Shown piece after piece: positions 19,968 to 29,707 of a DNA stretch of 64,000 nucleotides. Source of the DNA: a virus (taxonomy: Duplodnaviria > Caudoviricetes); IMG/VR virus record IMGVR_UViG_3300047160_000446, positions 3,037-67,036 of that record; one strand, 5' to 3'. Position numbers and translations under genes: made by a program. Within the stretch, counting starts at the first letter, position 1. The number at the start of each line of letters is the position of its first letter. The notes under the pieces are model-generated. The model saw only the letters and a program-made list of their open reading frames with translations, had not been told where the DNA came from and ran no database searches.

Positions 19968-19994
19968 GAAAAAACGTAATCAAATAAAATTCGA

Positions 19995-20447
19995 TTAATT
20001 TTTTTGAGATGATTTCAAAGCATAATATTCGTTCAGTTTGTTTGTAGTTAAAGAATCCATTAGATCGAAAGCATCTTCCAGAGTCAAAATTGTTTTTAGC
20101 TCTGCCATGCTGGCATATTGATTCGACACAAGGGAATGGAACAAAGGATCGCAATAAAATGGAGAAGCAGAAGTTATTCCGCTCTCCGGCAATCTTCTAA
20201 ACCTCCTCTTCTCTAAGAAGGAGAAATTTTCTTCCTTAGATATATGTATCAGCTTGTCAAGAACCATCCAATCCGATACATGTTCGTTTATCAGCGTTGA
20301 ATCGCTTAATGATATCTTCTTTCCATCTTTTATTATGGACAGAGAAGAATATAATATTTCATCATCCCTATTGTCCAAATATTCTTTTGCGTCGAACGCG
20401 TTTATTTTCGATACTTCAAACTTAACGCCTTCAATTTCTATCTTCAT
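19995..20447 (-). CDS. tail assembly chaperone-like protein
   Basis: Middle resembles 24542-24967; C-terminal ASMAELKTILTLEDAFDL is chaperone-like. Confidence 0.55.
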   Translation of the reverse strand: MKIEIEGVKFEVSKINAFDAKEYLDNRDDEILYSSLSIIKDGKKISLSDSTLINEHVSDWMVLDKLIHISKEENFSFLEKRRFRRLPESGITSASPFYCDPLFHSLVSNQYASMAELKTILTLEDAFDLMDSLTTNKLNEYYALKSSQKN

Positions 20448-21343
20448 TGTGTAATCTCCACTTGGCTAGACGGGCCGGCATGAACATGGACATACCATGG
20501 ATTATCTCTAGTTGTTAACTCATACCCAAGCTTGTTTATAACCATGGTGTTGATCCCTGGAAAGTTAGGATTAACCTCCGATTTAATTCTTATGCCTTGC
20601 CCCATAAACAATGGAGTATCAGCAAGAGCAGTTGCTTTAGCGCCCCATTCCGTCCAAGATGGAACACCTATCATTGAAGTTGTAGAATTCAATTCGTAAA
20701 CTGGATGCGCTTTCGAGATGTTTCCAAACTCTTGAACGACAAGGCGATTATCATCTATGTAAACGGCAACCGTTCCTCTATTAAGTTGCATGAAGCTTGT
20801 TATCAATGCCTCATAAGTCGCCGCCCATCTGAAATTTGGGATCGTTTGAGCGGCGATGGCAGGCGACAATGCTGTCAAGTCAGGCGTCAAGCCAAGAAGG
20901 TCCGCTATCCATTTCGCAACCGCATCAACCCTAGAATTTTTAGGAGCAAACTTATTGTTCCATTTTGTCTTGTTAATAACTGCCGTGCCAGCGTTTATAG
21001 TCAAAATCATTTCTGGCGGCGGAGAGATATCACAAGTCAAAATATAACCTTCGAAAATTTGACGAAGGTTATCCGCTTTGCCTGGAGTTTGTCCTTCTCT
21101 GCCAATGAATACCCGAATAGGAACGAAGGGAGTTTGTCCTACTCTTCTTTGAAACAATGTGAAGTTCGAAAGAAGATTGTTTCTGACATCTCGATTTAAG
21201 TTGGAAATCTCGATGTTGCACTCGTTATAAGTTGCTAGGGCTGTTTTGTTTACATTGACCTTTATGTTATAATCTTGGTTATACGTAAGAATCTCGCCTG
21301 GATTGATTTCTATCTGAACAGATATGGTTCTGTTTCTCAGCAT
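20444..21343 (-). CDS. baseplate hub protein
   Basis: 299 aa after tape measure; MIGVPSWTEWG...G..IRIKSEVNP. Confidence 0.7.
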   Translation of the reverse strand: MLRNRTISVQIEINPGEILTYNQDYNIKVNVNKTALATYNECNIEISNLNRDVRNNLLSNFTLFQRRVGQTPFVPIRVFIGREGQTPGKADNLRQIFEGYILTCDISPPPEMILTINAGTAVINKTKWNNKFAPKNSRVDAVAKWIADLLGLTPDLTALSPAIAAQTIPNFRWAATYEALITSFMQLNRGTVAVYIDDNRLVVQEFGNISKAHPVYELNSTTSMIGVPSWTEWGAKATALADTPLFMGQGIRIKSEVNPNFPGINTMVINKLGYELTTRDNPWYVHVHAGPSSQVEITQ

Positions 21344-21344
21344 T

Positions 21345-23420
21345 TTAGCTCAACCTATTATCAGAAAATCCGGTTACAGTATTCTTGTTTACTTCTGAAG
21401 ACCTGCGATCAAGTTCAGCGCCAATTTCTGCGGCGGAGACTCCTTGAGCGTTAATGGTGACGGGCATATGAGTTTGAACTGTCATTGTCCGATCATTGTT
21501 ATTGGAAATGATTTGAGCTTTCATCTTTTCACTTGCTGCGCCCATTGATCCTACTCCGCGCGCCTGAGTTCTTGCAGAACCCCATTGATTTGCAATCATC
21601 CGATCCAAGGCTTCTTGCTGGCTTACGCCGTATGCTCTAGCCATCCCCGCGGCTTTCTGCTGCCTTTGATACCATTCAGTCGGCGTCATAGCTCTGAAAT
21701 CTGCTTGCGTCTTGAATCCGGCCCCTTTAGCAGCAGCGCCAGCCCATAGCGCAAGACCTTCTTCAATCGACATAGAATAAGTAACGGCGTTCAAAATCCC
21801 CTTCAGGTCTTTGTTTCCGTCTGCTTGTCCTTGAGCAACTTTGCCGGCCTTCTCGTTTATCTCCTTCAAATATTCTTCAAGGACAGAAGGAGTCCAACCT
21901 TCTTTTATTGCTTTCTGAAGAGCATCATTAATCGATTTCTCCGGAAGTTTTCCCGCTCCACGCCCTACGGTCCATTCATGAGCCAAGCCAGAAAGCGCCT
22001 GGAGATTTTCAGCGCCAACCAAAGCTTTCTGTGCTTGTTCTGATTGTGTCAGACCGCCGCGCTTTGCGGAGCGATCCGTCATTTCTTTTTGAATGATGGC
22101 CTCCCATTCCGCACGTTGTTCATCCGTGCCGAATGGATTTAGCTTCCCTGCTGCGATTTCAGACCGATATTTGTTAAACATATCGGTGTTTATTTTTTGG
22201 TACTCTGCCTTGTTGGCGAACTGTTCTTTGAACTGTCTCGCCGAACTAATCATGTTTTTTACACCATCAACAACAGCAGATGTAAAATCGCCAATGGCTT
22301 GAGCAAAGGAATTAACTCCTTTGCCAGATTTATTCATTTCCTCATAGAGGCCGTTTAAAGCCGGCGTCACCTGTCGCGCAACCACATCGCCAAATTGTTG
22401 TTGCTTCTTGGTTAATTGGTCTTGCTCTAGAGCTAGCTTTTTGGACTCTGCTATTGCTGCTGTTTTCTGAAGAGTTTCGGCTTGCAAACCTTTGGTAAGG
22501 TTCTTTATTTCTTCGTTCGAAGCCTGCATTGATTTGCTGGCGAATTCGAAGTTCAAACCGAAGATTTGCATCAGACGCTGAATAGCTCGCTCTTGCGTTA
22601 TCGCGCCTTTTTGAACAGCGGTTCTTTGTCGATTGATAATCGTCCAAAGGATGTCCTCATAATTTCTAAGCTGCCCTTTAGAGCCGCGCTGAAAAACGTT
22701 CGTGCCATATCGAGAGAAAGCCTTCGTTTCTTGGCTAAGCTGCTCGCCGGGGCGGATAATTTGGCGTTCAAGTGCTACAGCCTGGACGCGTTCATGAAAG
22801 CCGCCCAATGCTTCGCGCGTCTGCTCTTTTGTCAGCTGCAAGCGCTGCCCCATGAGTTCCGCGCGTACAAGCTCGCGAACGGACATGCCTACGCCCCACG
22901 CCGTCTTTTGATACTGCGCAGCCTCCTTGGCTCTTTCTGTGGCTGCTGCAATGGCGCTTGCGAACGTAGAAACGGCAGCGGTTGCTAGAGCGAAACCGCT
23001 AACCATTTGTGCAACATTCAAAGCGCCGCCCATCCCGGACGCACCCGCAAGCGTGGTTATCGCTCCTTTAGAGCCAGCCGCAAGCGTGGTTATCGCTCCT
23101 TTAGAGCCAGCCGCAAGCGTGGTTATCGCTCCTTTAGAGCCAGCCTTTATTTGATTAACAGATTCCTCGCCTAGCTTTTTCATTCCAGCTATGCGCTTTT
23201 TTATGTTGTTCAAAAACTGAGAAGTGTTTTTGTCGTCTTGCGATTGGGTGTTTTTGTGAATCTCTGCTAATTCTTTGTTAGCCTTCTCTATTGCGTCTTT
23301 AATGCTCTTCTGTATCTTCTTAACAGAATCTTGGGATTTTTTATCTAGCTTGTCGATTTCGACTGTGGCTTTGCTGGAATCAGCATCATAAACAAGCGTG
23401 AAAGTGTCAAGGATCGCCAT
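21345..23420 (-). CDS. tape measure protein
   Basis: 691 aa, helical, Ala/Lys/Gln-rich, ILDTFTLVYDAD N-terminus, position. Confidence 0.8.
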   Translation of the reverse strand: MAILDTFTLVYDADSSKATVEIDKLDKKSQDSVKKIQKSIKDAIEKANKELAEIHKNTQSQDDKNTSQFLNNIKKRIAGMKKLGEESVNQIKAGSKGAITTLAAGSKGAITTLAAGSKGAITTLAGASGMGGALNVAQMVSGFALATAAVSTFASAIAAATERAKEAAQYQKTAWGVGMSVRELVRAELMGQRLQLTKEQTREALGGFHERVQAVALERQIIRPGEQLSQETKAFSRYGTNVFQRGSKGQLRNYEDILWTIINRQRTAVQKGAITQERAIQRLMQIFGLNFEFASKSMQASNEEIKNLTKGLQAETLQKTAAIAESKKLALEQDQLTKKQQQFGDVVARQVTPALNGLYEEMNKSGKGVNSFAQAIGDFTSAVVDGVKNMISSARQFKEQFANKAEYQKINTDMFNKYRSEIAAGKLNPFGTDEQRAEWEAIIQKEMTDRSAKRGGLTQSEQAQKALVGAENLQALSGLAHEWTVGRGAGKLPEKSINDALQKAIKEGWTPSVLEEYLKEINEKAGKVAQGQADGNKDLKGILNAVTYSMSIEEGLALWAGAAAKGAGFKTQADFRAMTPTEWYQRQQKAAGMARAYGVSQQEALDRMIANQWGSARTQARGVGSMGAASEKMKAQIISNNNDRTMTVQTHMPVTINAQGVSAAEIGAELDRRSSEVNKNTVTGFSDNRLS
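23045..23145. repeat. three perfect 33-bp tandem repeats inside tape measure gene
   Basis: CCGCAAGCGTGGTTATCGCTCCTTTAGAGCCAG at 23045, 23078, 23111 (AGSKGAITTLA x3). Confidence 0.97.
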
Positions 23421-24058
23421 TAGAAAAATCCCCCTATCTTTTTAATTATTCCATTGGCGGCGCTTGTCACGTAATTTACCGCTCCATTGGCAATGTCCGT
23501 CACTTGATTTTTCACTTCCCCGATTTTGGAAGTGGATGAATCAATAACATTTGAGACATCAGTAAACGACAGTTGCCCGCTTCCGCTAGGAAGACGAAGA
23601 ACTTCTTTGAATTTCATTCTGACAGGAACAAAACTCAAAGCATCGGCGTTAAAAACGTTGGACATTGAATCAAACAAGCAGTTTTGGACTACGGTTCCCC
23701 TTGCGGTTATCGTGTATAGGTTCTGTCTGTTCTGAAAAATCGTCTCAAGGTTTTTATAATCTTTATTGCTGCACAGAACCGAAACATCTACTTCCCTAGG
23801 AAGGACGATGTTATGATCCGAAATAAAAGTTCCGTTTTCAACAGGATGCGAAGCGGAAAATTTAGTTCTTTGAATGTCAACGTCTACATAAGAGACTGTC
23901 GGGAATATCGCCGCGCCACTGATGACACCGCCAGTTAACGAAGAAATAGCATTTGTCGCAATATCATTCAGCAATCCAGAGACAGGCCCTGAACTGTCGG
24001 CCTGAATCTTTATTGAGAACTTGGACGGCTGAAATAAATTCGAGAATGGAATATTCAA
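23420..24058 (-). CDS. tail tube initiator / distal tail protein
   Basis: SASHPVENGTFISDHNIVLPREV motif. Confidence 0.65.
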   Translation of the reverse strand: MNIPFSNLFQPSKFSIKIQADSSGPVSGLLNDIATNAISSLTGGVISGAAIFPTVSYVDVDIQRTKFSASHPVENGTFISDHNIVLPREVDVSVLCSNKDYKNLETIFQNRQNLYTITARGTVVQNCLFDSMSNVFNADALSFVPVRMKFKEVLRLPSGSGQLSFTDVSNVIDSSTSKIGEVKNQVTDIANGAVNYVTSAANGIIKKIGGFF

Positions 24059-24552
24059 AACAATCCCCCTACCAAGCTTGCAGCTGCGGCAATAAGACCT
24101 TTACTAGAAGTACTTGCCACGGCGTTAAACACAAACTCGTAAACATTCCCTTTAACTCTTCCGTCTTGGGAGATGCTAGGAGCCATCGGCCCGGACCTCA
24201 GATATCCATCGGAAAATATAATGGTAAATTTTCCGGGATAATTAACTGTCAAAATAACAGTGTCTTTTATTGGGATAATAGAGTTCTGAGATACGCCAGC
24301 TTTTAAAAGAACCGAAAGGTTTTCGTCATCACTTGATCCAGCAATGACGGCTATTTTTACAGGTATCGGCCTTGCAACGTCGAAAGAAAACATATTTCCA
24401 TCAGCCAACATCTTATGATCGCTGACTTGGGTCGCATCAAAAGAGATTGGCATTTCATCATCTGCCCATTGGTCTATTTGAAAAGTAGACGGAAAAGTCT
24501 TTTTCGCTAGAACAGTTGCGATTAAGCCAAATGCTCCTTGATCAAACGCCAT
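24055..24552 (-). CDS. tail-tube paralogue (structural)
   Basis: FPSTFQIDQWADDEMP matches tube FPNGFTITQWADDADP. Confidence 0.75.
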   Translation of the reverse strand: MAFDQGAFGLIATVLAKKTFPSTFQIDQWADDEMPISFDATQVSDHKMLADGNMFSFDVARPIPVKIAVIAGSSDDENLSVLLKAGVSQNSIIPIKDTVILTVNYPGKFTIIFSDGYLRSGPMAPSISQDGRVKGNVYEFVFNAVASTSSKGLIAAAASLVGGLF

Positions 24553-24967
24553 TTTTATCCTCTGTATCGTCTTCCGCGCTGAAAACTTTGTTCAGATAGG
24601 AATTGATATGTTCGTGAAGGCCGTTCATTACCATTCCGATAATGATTTGGCCAAAGTTTCGGATATTGTCATCTGTGATGAAGGGGCAATTAAACTTGAG
24701 AGTTTCAAGCTCAATCTTCACCAAGTCTTTCCATTCCGGAATATGGTTGTTCACAAGGGCGGCAGTTTCAAGACGAAGCGGATTGCCATCAACAACTACG
24801 TCTACGAACTTCATAAGCTGCAACATCGCTTCTTCATTTTTTTCATAATCTGCAATGCTTGGAAGCGCTGTCAGAGGATAAGAGGTTACGATTCGCCGCC
24901 CTTCAATTGGGCTGAATTTATGAATGATATAAGTTTTTCCGTTAAGGTCCAAGGACATCGTGTTCAT
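24542..24967 (-). CDS. tail assembly chaperone
   Basis: 141 aa acidic protein between tube and tape measure. Confidence 0.6.
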   Translation of the reverse strand: MNTMSLDLNGKTYIIHKFSPIEGRRIVTSYPLTALPSIADYEKNEEAMLQLMKFVDVVVDGNPLRLETAALVNNHIPEWKDLVKIELETLKFNCPFITDDNIRNFGQIIIGMVMNGLHEHINSYLNKVFSAEDDTEDKNGV

Positions 24968-25286
24968 ATATCGATCCTAATTGTTGAGATTCTGGAATGG
25001 TCAAATACAAAAGATATGTATCAATCCCGAAATTTTGGAAGTTCGGGTAATCATATTTCTGAGAATAAAACATCAAGTTGCCAAATCCGCTTGACAAGTT
25101 ATTGAATTGTATCACAGGGACATTACACACACAACGCCACGTTTCTAGTATAGTAACCCCGTTTCTTTGAATCGTCAGGAAGCATTCGGCGTCTGTCGAT
25201 TTAAGTGTTATCAAATAAAAACTGTTCTCCGCAGTAAATGAAAACTGCTGATTAGGGATTCTTTGCAACGTTAATTGAGTAGCCAT
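24942..25286 (-). CDS. small baseplate/tail protein (start reassigned to 25286)
   Basis: LQRIPNQQFSF...GNLMFY...FG..LLYL pattern. Confidence 0.6.
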   Translation of the reverse strand: MATQLTLQRIPNQQFSFTAENSFYLITLKSTDAECFLTIQRNGVTILETWRCVCNVPVIQFNNLSSGFGNLMFYSQKYDYPNFQNFGIDTYLLYLTIPESQQLGSIYEHDVLGP

Positions 25287-25296
25287 ATTTCTAAAT

Positions 25297-25326
25297 AAAA
25301 GGGCGAACAATTAAGCCCGCCCTTTT
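25297..25326 (-). terminator. intrinsic terminator after tail tube
   Basis: AAAAGGGCG...CGCCCTTTT. Confidence 0.75.
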
Positions 25327-25340
25327 ATCCCTCTTGTTAA

Positions 25341-25784
25341 TTAACCGTTGGTCTTGTTTTCGAAAGCAAAAGTATATGCTTTTGTTTTCATGCGCCCAGC
25401 AGAAGAAACGCTATTAGAAGGGACGCCATCAGTGATGATGCCAGGGGCGAAAACAGGGTTTCTGCCGTCCGGGTAATTCACGCTGATAGTGATAATGTCC
25501 CTTGCACTGCCTTTGTTTTTCGCAACACGGTTCGCTTCTGCCAGAATCGACAGATTTACATCGTCAACGCCGCCGGGGAGAACATTGATTGTCAAAACGA
25601 TTGCGTTCGGCTTGGACCAATGGATTAAATCGCCGTTAATGCCCATCGATTTATCCGCAAGTTGAATGCTTGGGGCGTCGAACGGATCGGCATCATCTGC
25701 CCATTGCGTAATGGTGAATCCGTTGGGGAATGTGTTGCTAGCTTTCAGCGAGGCTACAAACCCGAATGCGCTAATATTTTGCAT
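25341..25784 (-). CDS. tail tube protein
   Basis: 147 aa directly after sheath; TQWADDADPF, MGINGDL. Confidence 0.85.
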   Translation of the reverse strand: MQNISAFGFVASLKASNTFPNGFTITQWADDADPFDAPSIQLADKSMGINGDLIHWSKPNAIVLTINVLPGGVDDVNLSILAEANRVAKNKGSARDIITISVNYPDGRNPVFAPGIITDGVPSNSVSSAGRMKTKAYTFAFENKTNG

Positions 25785-25795
25785 GTTTTATTTCC

Positions 25796-27355
25796 TTAGA
25801 TTAGGGTATTCGTACCTTCGACTTTTCGGATTTGATCATCCTTACTGTAAACCAGCAGATAAACCGCTTTCCATTCCGTAACGCCGGACGGGGCGACATA
25901 CGATTGAATCGTGCAATTCAGCCAGTAGCCGCGCGTTTGTACCTGATACCACGCATTCGGATCATCAGTCACTTGCGTGATGAATGCTTTCTGAACAGTA
26001 GTAATCGGCTTGCCTACACTGATAACGCCATTGAAAAGCGCGGCGTCAATGCTGGACTGAATAACGCCCATCAGAATAGCGCGCCCGATTTCGTTTGCCG
26101 GAATGCTTGGCAAACCGAGAAACGCATTCATGATGTCGGCAACTAGACGGGACTTCAGCCACATTTCGTTAGCGTAAGTATTCATATCCACAGCAGCAGT
26201 GGAACCGCCCATCAGAACGCCGCGCTGGTAAAACGTCAGAGATTTACCATTGATTTGCGATTGTCCGACGTAATTCATGCGCAGCGGGTCCATTTGATCC
26301 GCCGTCATATCATCAGAAACCATCGCGGCGCGATCCGTAAATTGATAATACATGTAATTCTGAGAAGAATTCGCGCGCGTGTAATCAGTGGCCGCTAGAA
26401 TTTCCATCGGGCAAATTTCAGCCCAATCGCGGGTTTTATCTGCCGTGTTGGTGGAATTGGTCAGAGAAACGCCGGTTCCGCTAAAACCTTGCAGAGCCGT
26501 GAACAATGCGTTTGCAGTGCCAATTGTTCCCGGCGTGCAAAACATGAACTTGTTATTTTGCGAATCATTCCACGAAGCAACGGCGTCTTGATCAGACGGT
26601 TGCAACGCGTTAATAAACGCGAAGGAGCCGAAATTATCAGATGCAGCCGCAGATTGCGAAATCGCGTCCACAGCAGCTTGAGCGGCGACGCCCGGACTAG
26701 GAACAGCGCCAGGAGTAGAAACGCCCAGCACAACAGAAGTGTCCCTTGCGCCAGTCGCAACGGCGATGATCGTCGCAGCTTGCGCCACAGAGCCGGCGAT
26801 AGAAAACTGAGTATTGTTCCCCGAAACAGTCGCCGTCACGTTGGCATTTGCCAATTGCGGAACGCCAGTCACTGCGCGAATTCGAGTTTGCAGAATGGAT
26901 GCTGCTTGAGCTTGCCAATTGGTAGCAGGCAATCCGGACCAATCAATTCCCGATACAGTTGCAGGAGTGGTTACGCCGGAAACTGTAACGTTAAGCGTCA
27001 GCGTGCCGGGGCTGGCAGTGGTGAACGCCTGAAAATCAGATACGTTTTTAACCGTATTATCGCCAGTCAAAACCGGAGCGGAACCAGTCGCAGACCAGTT
27101 GACGAATCCGATTTTTTTAGCGCGATTGTTCATCTTGTTGATGAACGCAAAATACTTAATGCCGATTCTATTTTCGTCAGAATCAACACCAAAGAAAGTT
27201 GCGATGTCATCGGGATTTGTCATTTCTACCAGAGTCCCCGGAAGGACTTTGGTATTTTGTGTAACGATACGTCCGATTAGTTCCCGGTACGGAACTTGAG
27301 CGGCTGCGCCAACGCCAGACGTAATATCTACATAGCGGCGAATGCTGATTGCCAT
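25796..27355 (-). CDS. tail sheath protein (DUF3383-like)
   Basis: MAISIRRYVDITSGV, YANEMWLK, YSKDDQIRKVEG. Confidence 0.92.
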   Translation of the reverse strand: MAISIRRYVDITSGVGAAAQVPYRELIGRIVTQNTKVLPGTLVEMTNPDDIATFFGVDSDENRIGIKYFAFINKMNNRAKKIGFVNWSATGSAPVLTGDNTVKNVSDFQAFTTASPGTLTLNVTVSGVTTPATVSGIDWSGLPATNWQAQAASILQTRIRAVTGVPQLANANVTATVSGNNTQFSIAGSVAQAATIIAVATGARDTSVVLGVSTPGAVPSPGVAAQAAVDAISQSAAASDNFGSFAFINALQPSDQDAVASWNDSQNNKFMFCTPGTIGTANALFTALQGFSGTGVSLTNSTNTADKTRDWAEICPMEILAATDYTRANSSQNYMYYQFTDRAAMVSDDMTADQMDPLRMNYVGQSQINGKSLTFYQRGVLMGGSTAAVDMNTYANEMWLKSRLVADIMNAFLGLPSIPANEIGRAILMGVIQSSIDAALFNGVISVGKPITTVQKAFITQVTDDPNAWYQVQTRGYWLNCTIQSYVAPSGVTEWKAVYLLVYSKDDQIRKVEGTNTLI

Positions 27356-27367
27356 ATTGGGTTCCTT

Positions 27368-27904
27368 TTATACTCTGTAAAGGTCTACTTCCGCAGTCGT
27401 CACTATCGGGGAATTCGTCGTGGTTGTTCGATAATGAGTGACTGCAATATCAAATGATGGAGCCGCTTCTTGCCTGTCTCTATCATCTGTGAAATAAGGA
27501 TTTCGAACGTCTGGCGCTCTTAAAACCCCCAAATCCAAAGGCTCAAGAACCCTTAGAAACTTTCTGCTCTGCAATTTCCCAAGCGCATAATTGGCCATGT
27601 CTGAGGCAGTTGGCAAATTTGTATTTTCTGGAATTTGCAAAACCAAAGCGGATATCTGAAACGTTGTTGCCATTAACTGTTTTTCAGTCTCTACAAAACT
27701 GTTAGTAGATTGCTGATAAACTTTTGTGTATTCGGGATGGCCGCGAGGAGTATCAAACAATTTTTCTATAAACAGACAAGGAGTGTTTGGAACGCCTTGC
27801 TGCGTTGGGTTTTGTTTCTGAATTACTAAAACGCTCATTTGGTCAGAGGCCAATTCTCCAACCAAAAACCCTCTTACTACTCTTATCAGTTCGTTGTCTG
27901 TCAT
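27368..27904 (-). CDS. tail terminator/neck protein
   Basis: TTFQISALV...NPYFTDDRDRQEAAPSFD; position. Confidence 0.65.
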   Translation of the reverse strand: MTDNELIRVVRGFLVGELASDQMSVLVIQKQNPTQQGVPNTPCLFIEKLFDTPRGHPEYTKVYQQSTNSFVETEKQLMATTFQISALVLQIPENTNLPTASDMANYALGKLQSRKFLRVLEPLDLGVLRAPDVRNPYFTDDRDRQEAAPSFDIAVTHYRTTTTNSPIVTTAEVDLYRV

Positions 27905-28269
27905 AAATAGTTGACCTCTACGCAAAGAGCTTCAACCCATCCGTCCATTGCATACCAGTCGGACAAATTTTCTATCTGATAAAGTTTCTGATTAATCTGG
28001 ACTCTGTCGCCTGTAACGCCGCGATCCAAGTCAACGGCATTAACAGAAAAGAAAACATTTATGTAATTCTTTTGGAAATCTAAGCCAAGCTGGTTATATG
28101 TTTTTCTGTTGACGGCCTGAACACTAGCTTCAAAATCTATCGGCGCTTGATACGTGGAAACCCATTGGCCAACATCGTTAAGAGTGCGATCAATATATTT
28201 AATATACTGAATTGTGTTTGTATCTATACACCCAAACGCTTCATCAAGAATATCGCTTCCCGGAATCAT
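27901..28269 (-). CDS. head-tail joining protein
   Basis: MIPGSDIL...ASVQAV...LGLDFQKNY. Confidence 0.7.
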   Translation of the reverse strand: MIPGSDILDEAFGCIDTNTIQYIKYIDRTLNDVGQWVSTYQAPIDFEASVQAVNRKTYNQLGLDFQKNYINVFFSVNAVDLDRGVTGDRVQINQKLYQIENLSDWYAMDGWVEALCVEVNYL

Positions 28270-28760
28270 TTCTTAATCACTTTCGCTTGAGCAGATTGCG
28301 CCATGAGGCCGGTAACACCCGTCAAAGGGCTGTTGAATCCCTTTCCTTCCCACAATGGCGGAAGTCCATTCACTGTCAAATCGCTGTTCGGTTCCCATCC
28401 GCCATTTTTTATTTGATTAAGCAATTCGCCTAAAACTTTTTCGCCAATCATCTGAAGAGATTGATCCGGAGTAATCTTTCCCATTGCAACGCCTTTTGCC
28501 AACTTTGCGGAAACCTCTCTTACAGGTTCCTCAGCAGCAATTGCCGTTGCGCGCATAAAGGGGCGGGCCGGCGTTACGAACACCGCTTCAACCGGCATGT
28601 TTCCTTTTTTGAATTTGGTTGTGTGTCCAACCTCATTCAAATAAGCAACTTCGGCAACCGGCTTTCCATCTGCATATCGGTTTTCTTCAAACCAACCAAT
28701 TCCGACTTGCTTTTTATCAAGCTTTCGAAAGATGTCTGCCATTTGCCGAAGTTTGGACAT
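28266..28760 (-). CDS. neck/tail completion protein (start reassigned to 28760)
   Basis: VGIGWFE..YADGKPVAEVAYLNEVG...PARPFMR. Confidence 0.75.
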   Translation of the reverse strand: MSKLRQMADIFRKLDKKQVGIGWFEENRYADGKPVAEVAYLNEVGHTTKFKKGNMPVEAVFVTPARPFMRATAIAAEEPVREVSAKLAKGVAMGKITPDQSLQMIGEKVLGELLNQIKNGGWEPNSDLTVNGLPPLWEGKGFNSPLTGVTGLMAQSAQAKVIKK

Positions 28761-28761
28761 A

Positions 28762-29193
28762 TCAAAACACTCCGTTAACTTTTCTGAAAGCACTTCTTTC
28801 CGGCAGGCCGCCAAATGAGAAGCCGCCAACGGTATGAACTTCCAACATAACAAGCAATTGCTGGCCATAAGGAGTTTGATTAAGCCACCAATCAAACTCA
28901 CTTACTGAAGGCGGCGCAAGACGTTGAACAGAAATCTTGTCGATGGTTGAGCTAACAACATATCCGCCCTGCTTCCCTTTCATTATGTTTTGGGAGATTT
29001 TCAACAAATGCGCTGTAAGAAGATTAAGGCCCAAAGCCCGACAATCGCCCATCAAAGGGCCGTAATCTTCATTGCTTACAATGCATGTTGCTTGATCCCA
29101 ATACATCTGAATCAATGCTGGAGGGTATTTTGTTTCATCTGCAAATTCGGGGCATTGAGCGCGGAATAAAGCATCATCATAAACAATAGACAT
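28762..29193 (-). CDS. head-tail adaptor (DUF4054-like)
   Basis: FRAQCPEF...LLTAHLL...WWLNQTPYGQQL. Confidence 0.85.
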   Translation of the reverse strand: MSIVYDDALFRAQCPEFADETKYPPALIQMYWDQATCIVSNEDYGPLMGDCRALGLNLLTAHLLKISQNIMKGKQGGYVVSSTIDKISVQRLAPPSVSEFDWWLNQTPYGQQLLVMLEVHTVGGFSFGGLPERSAFRKVNGVF

Positions 29194-29199
29194 TTTTGT

Positions 29200-29643
29200 T
29201 TACTCGTCGTGTTCGTCTGTCGGGCGGCCAGTCAGAACCCTTTTAACATCGAATCCGCCAAGATCATCTTGAGTCATCGGGGCGGACTTATCACGCGCCA
29301 ACATATCGCTTTGGACGATTTTGGCAACGATGTCATGATTGTTGCCGGGGTTGTCGTTGAGAATCTTCACAATCCCTGCTGCGGCTTCTCGCTTGAAAAG
29401 CCAATTATCTTTTAGCCATTCGGCTGTTTCATCCTTGATGGATGTAATCATCCCTTGTGCCGTCCAAATCGGCAAACCGCTATCAGGGTCGCTAGTTTGA
29501 ACGCCATAACCGCTATTGGAACTAGGGATATTCGCTTTGCCGCGAATTACCACTTGACGCAGAAGACGGGACACATCTTGCGAATTATCGTAATCCGCAT
29601 ATTGAAGATCGTTAGAAGCGGTACACAGCACAAATTTCGTCAT
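29200..29643 (-). CDS. virion structural/assembly protein after capsid
   Basis: 147-aa ORF, position. Confidence 0.7.
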   Translation of the reverse strand: MTKFVLCTASNDLQYADYDNSQDVSRLLRQVVIRGKANIPSSNSGYGVQTSDPDSGLPIWTAQGMITSIKDETAEWLKDNWLFKREAAAGIVKILNDNPGNNHDIVAKIVQSDMLARDKSAPMTQDDLGGFDVKRVLTGRPTDEHDE

Positions 29644-29672
29644 TTATATTCTCTTCCCAATTAGGATTAAAG

Positions 29673-29696
29673 AAGGGCGGCGATTAAACCGCCCTC
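29673..29696 (-). terminator. intrinsic terminator after major capsid gene
   Basis: AGGGCGG-N8-CCGCCCT. Confidence 0.7.
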
Positions 29697-29707
29697 AGAT
29701 TTACAGA

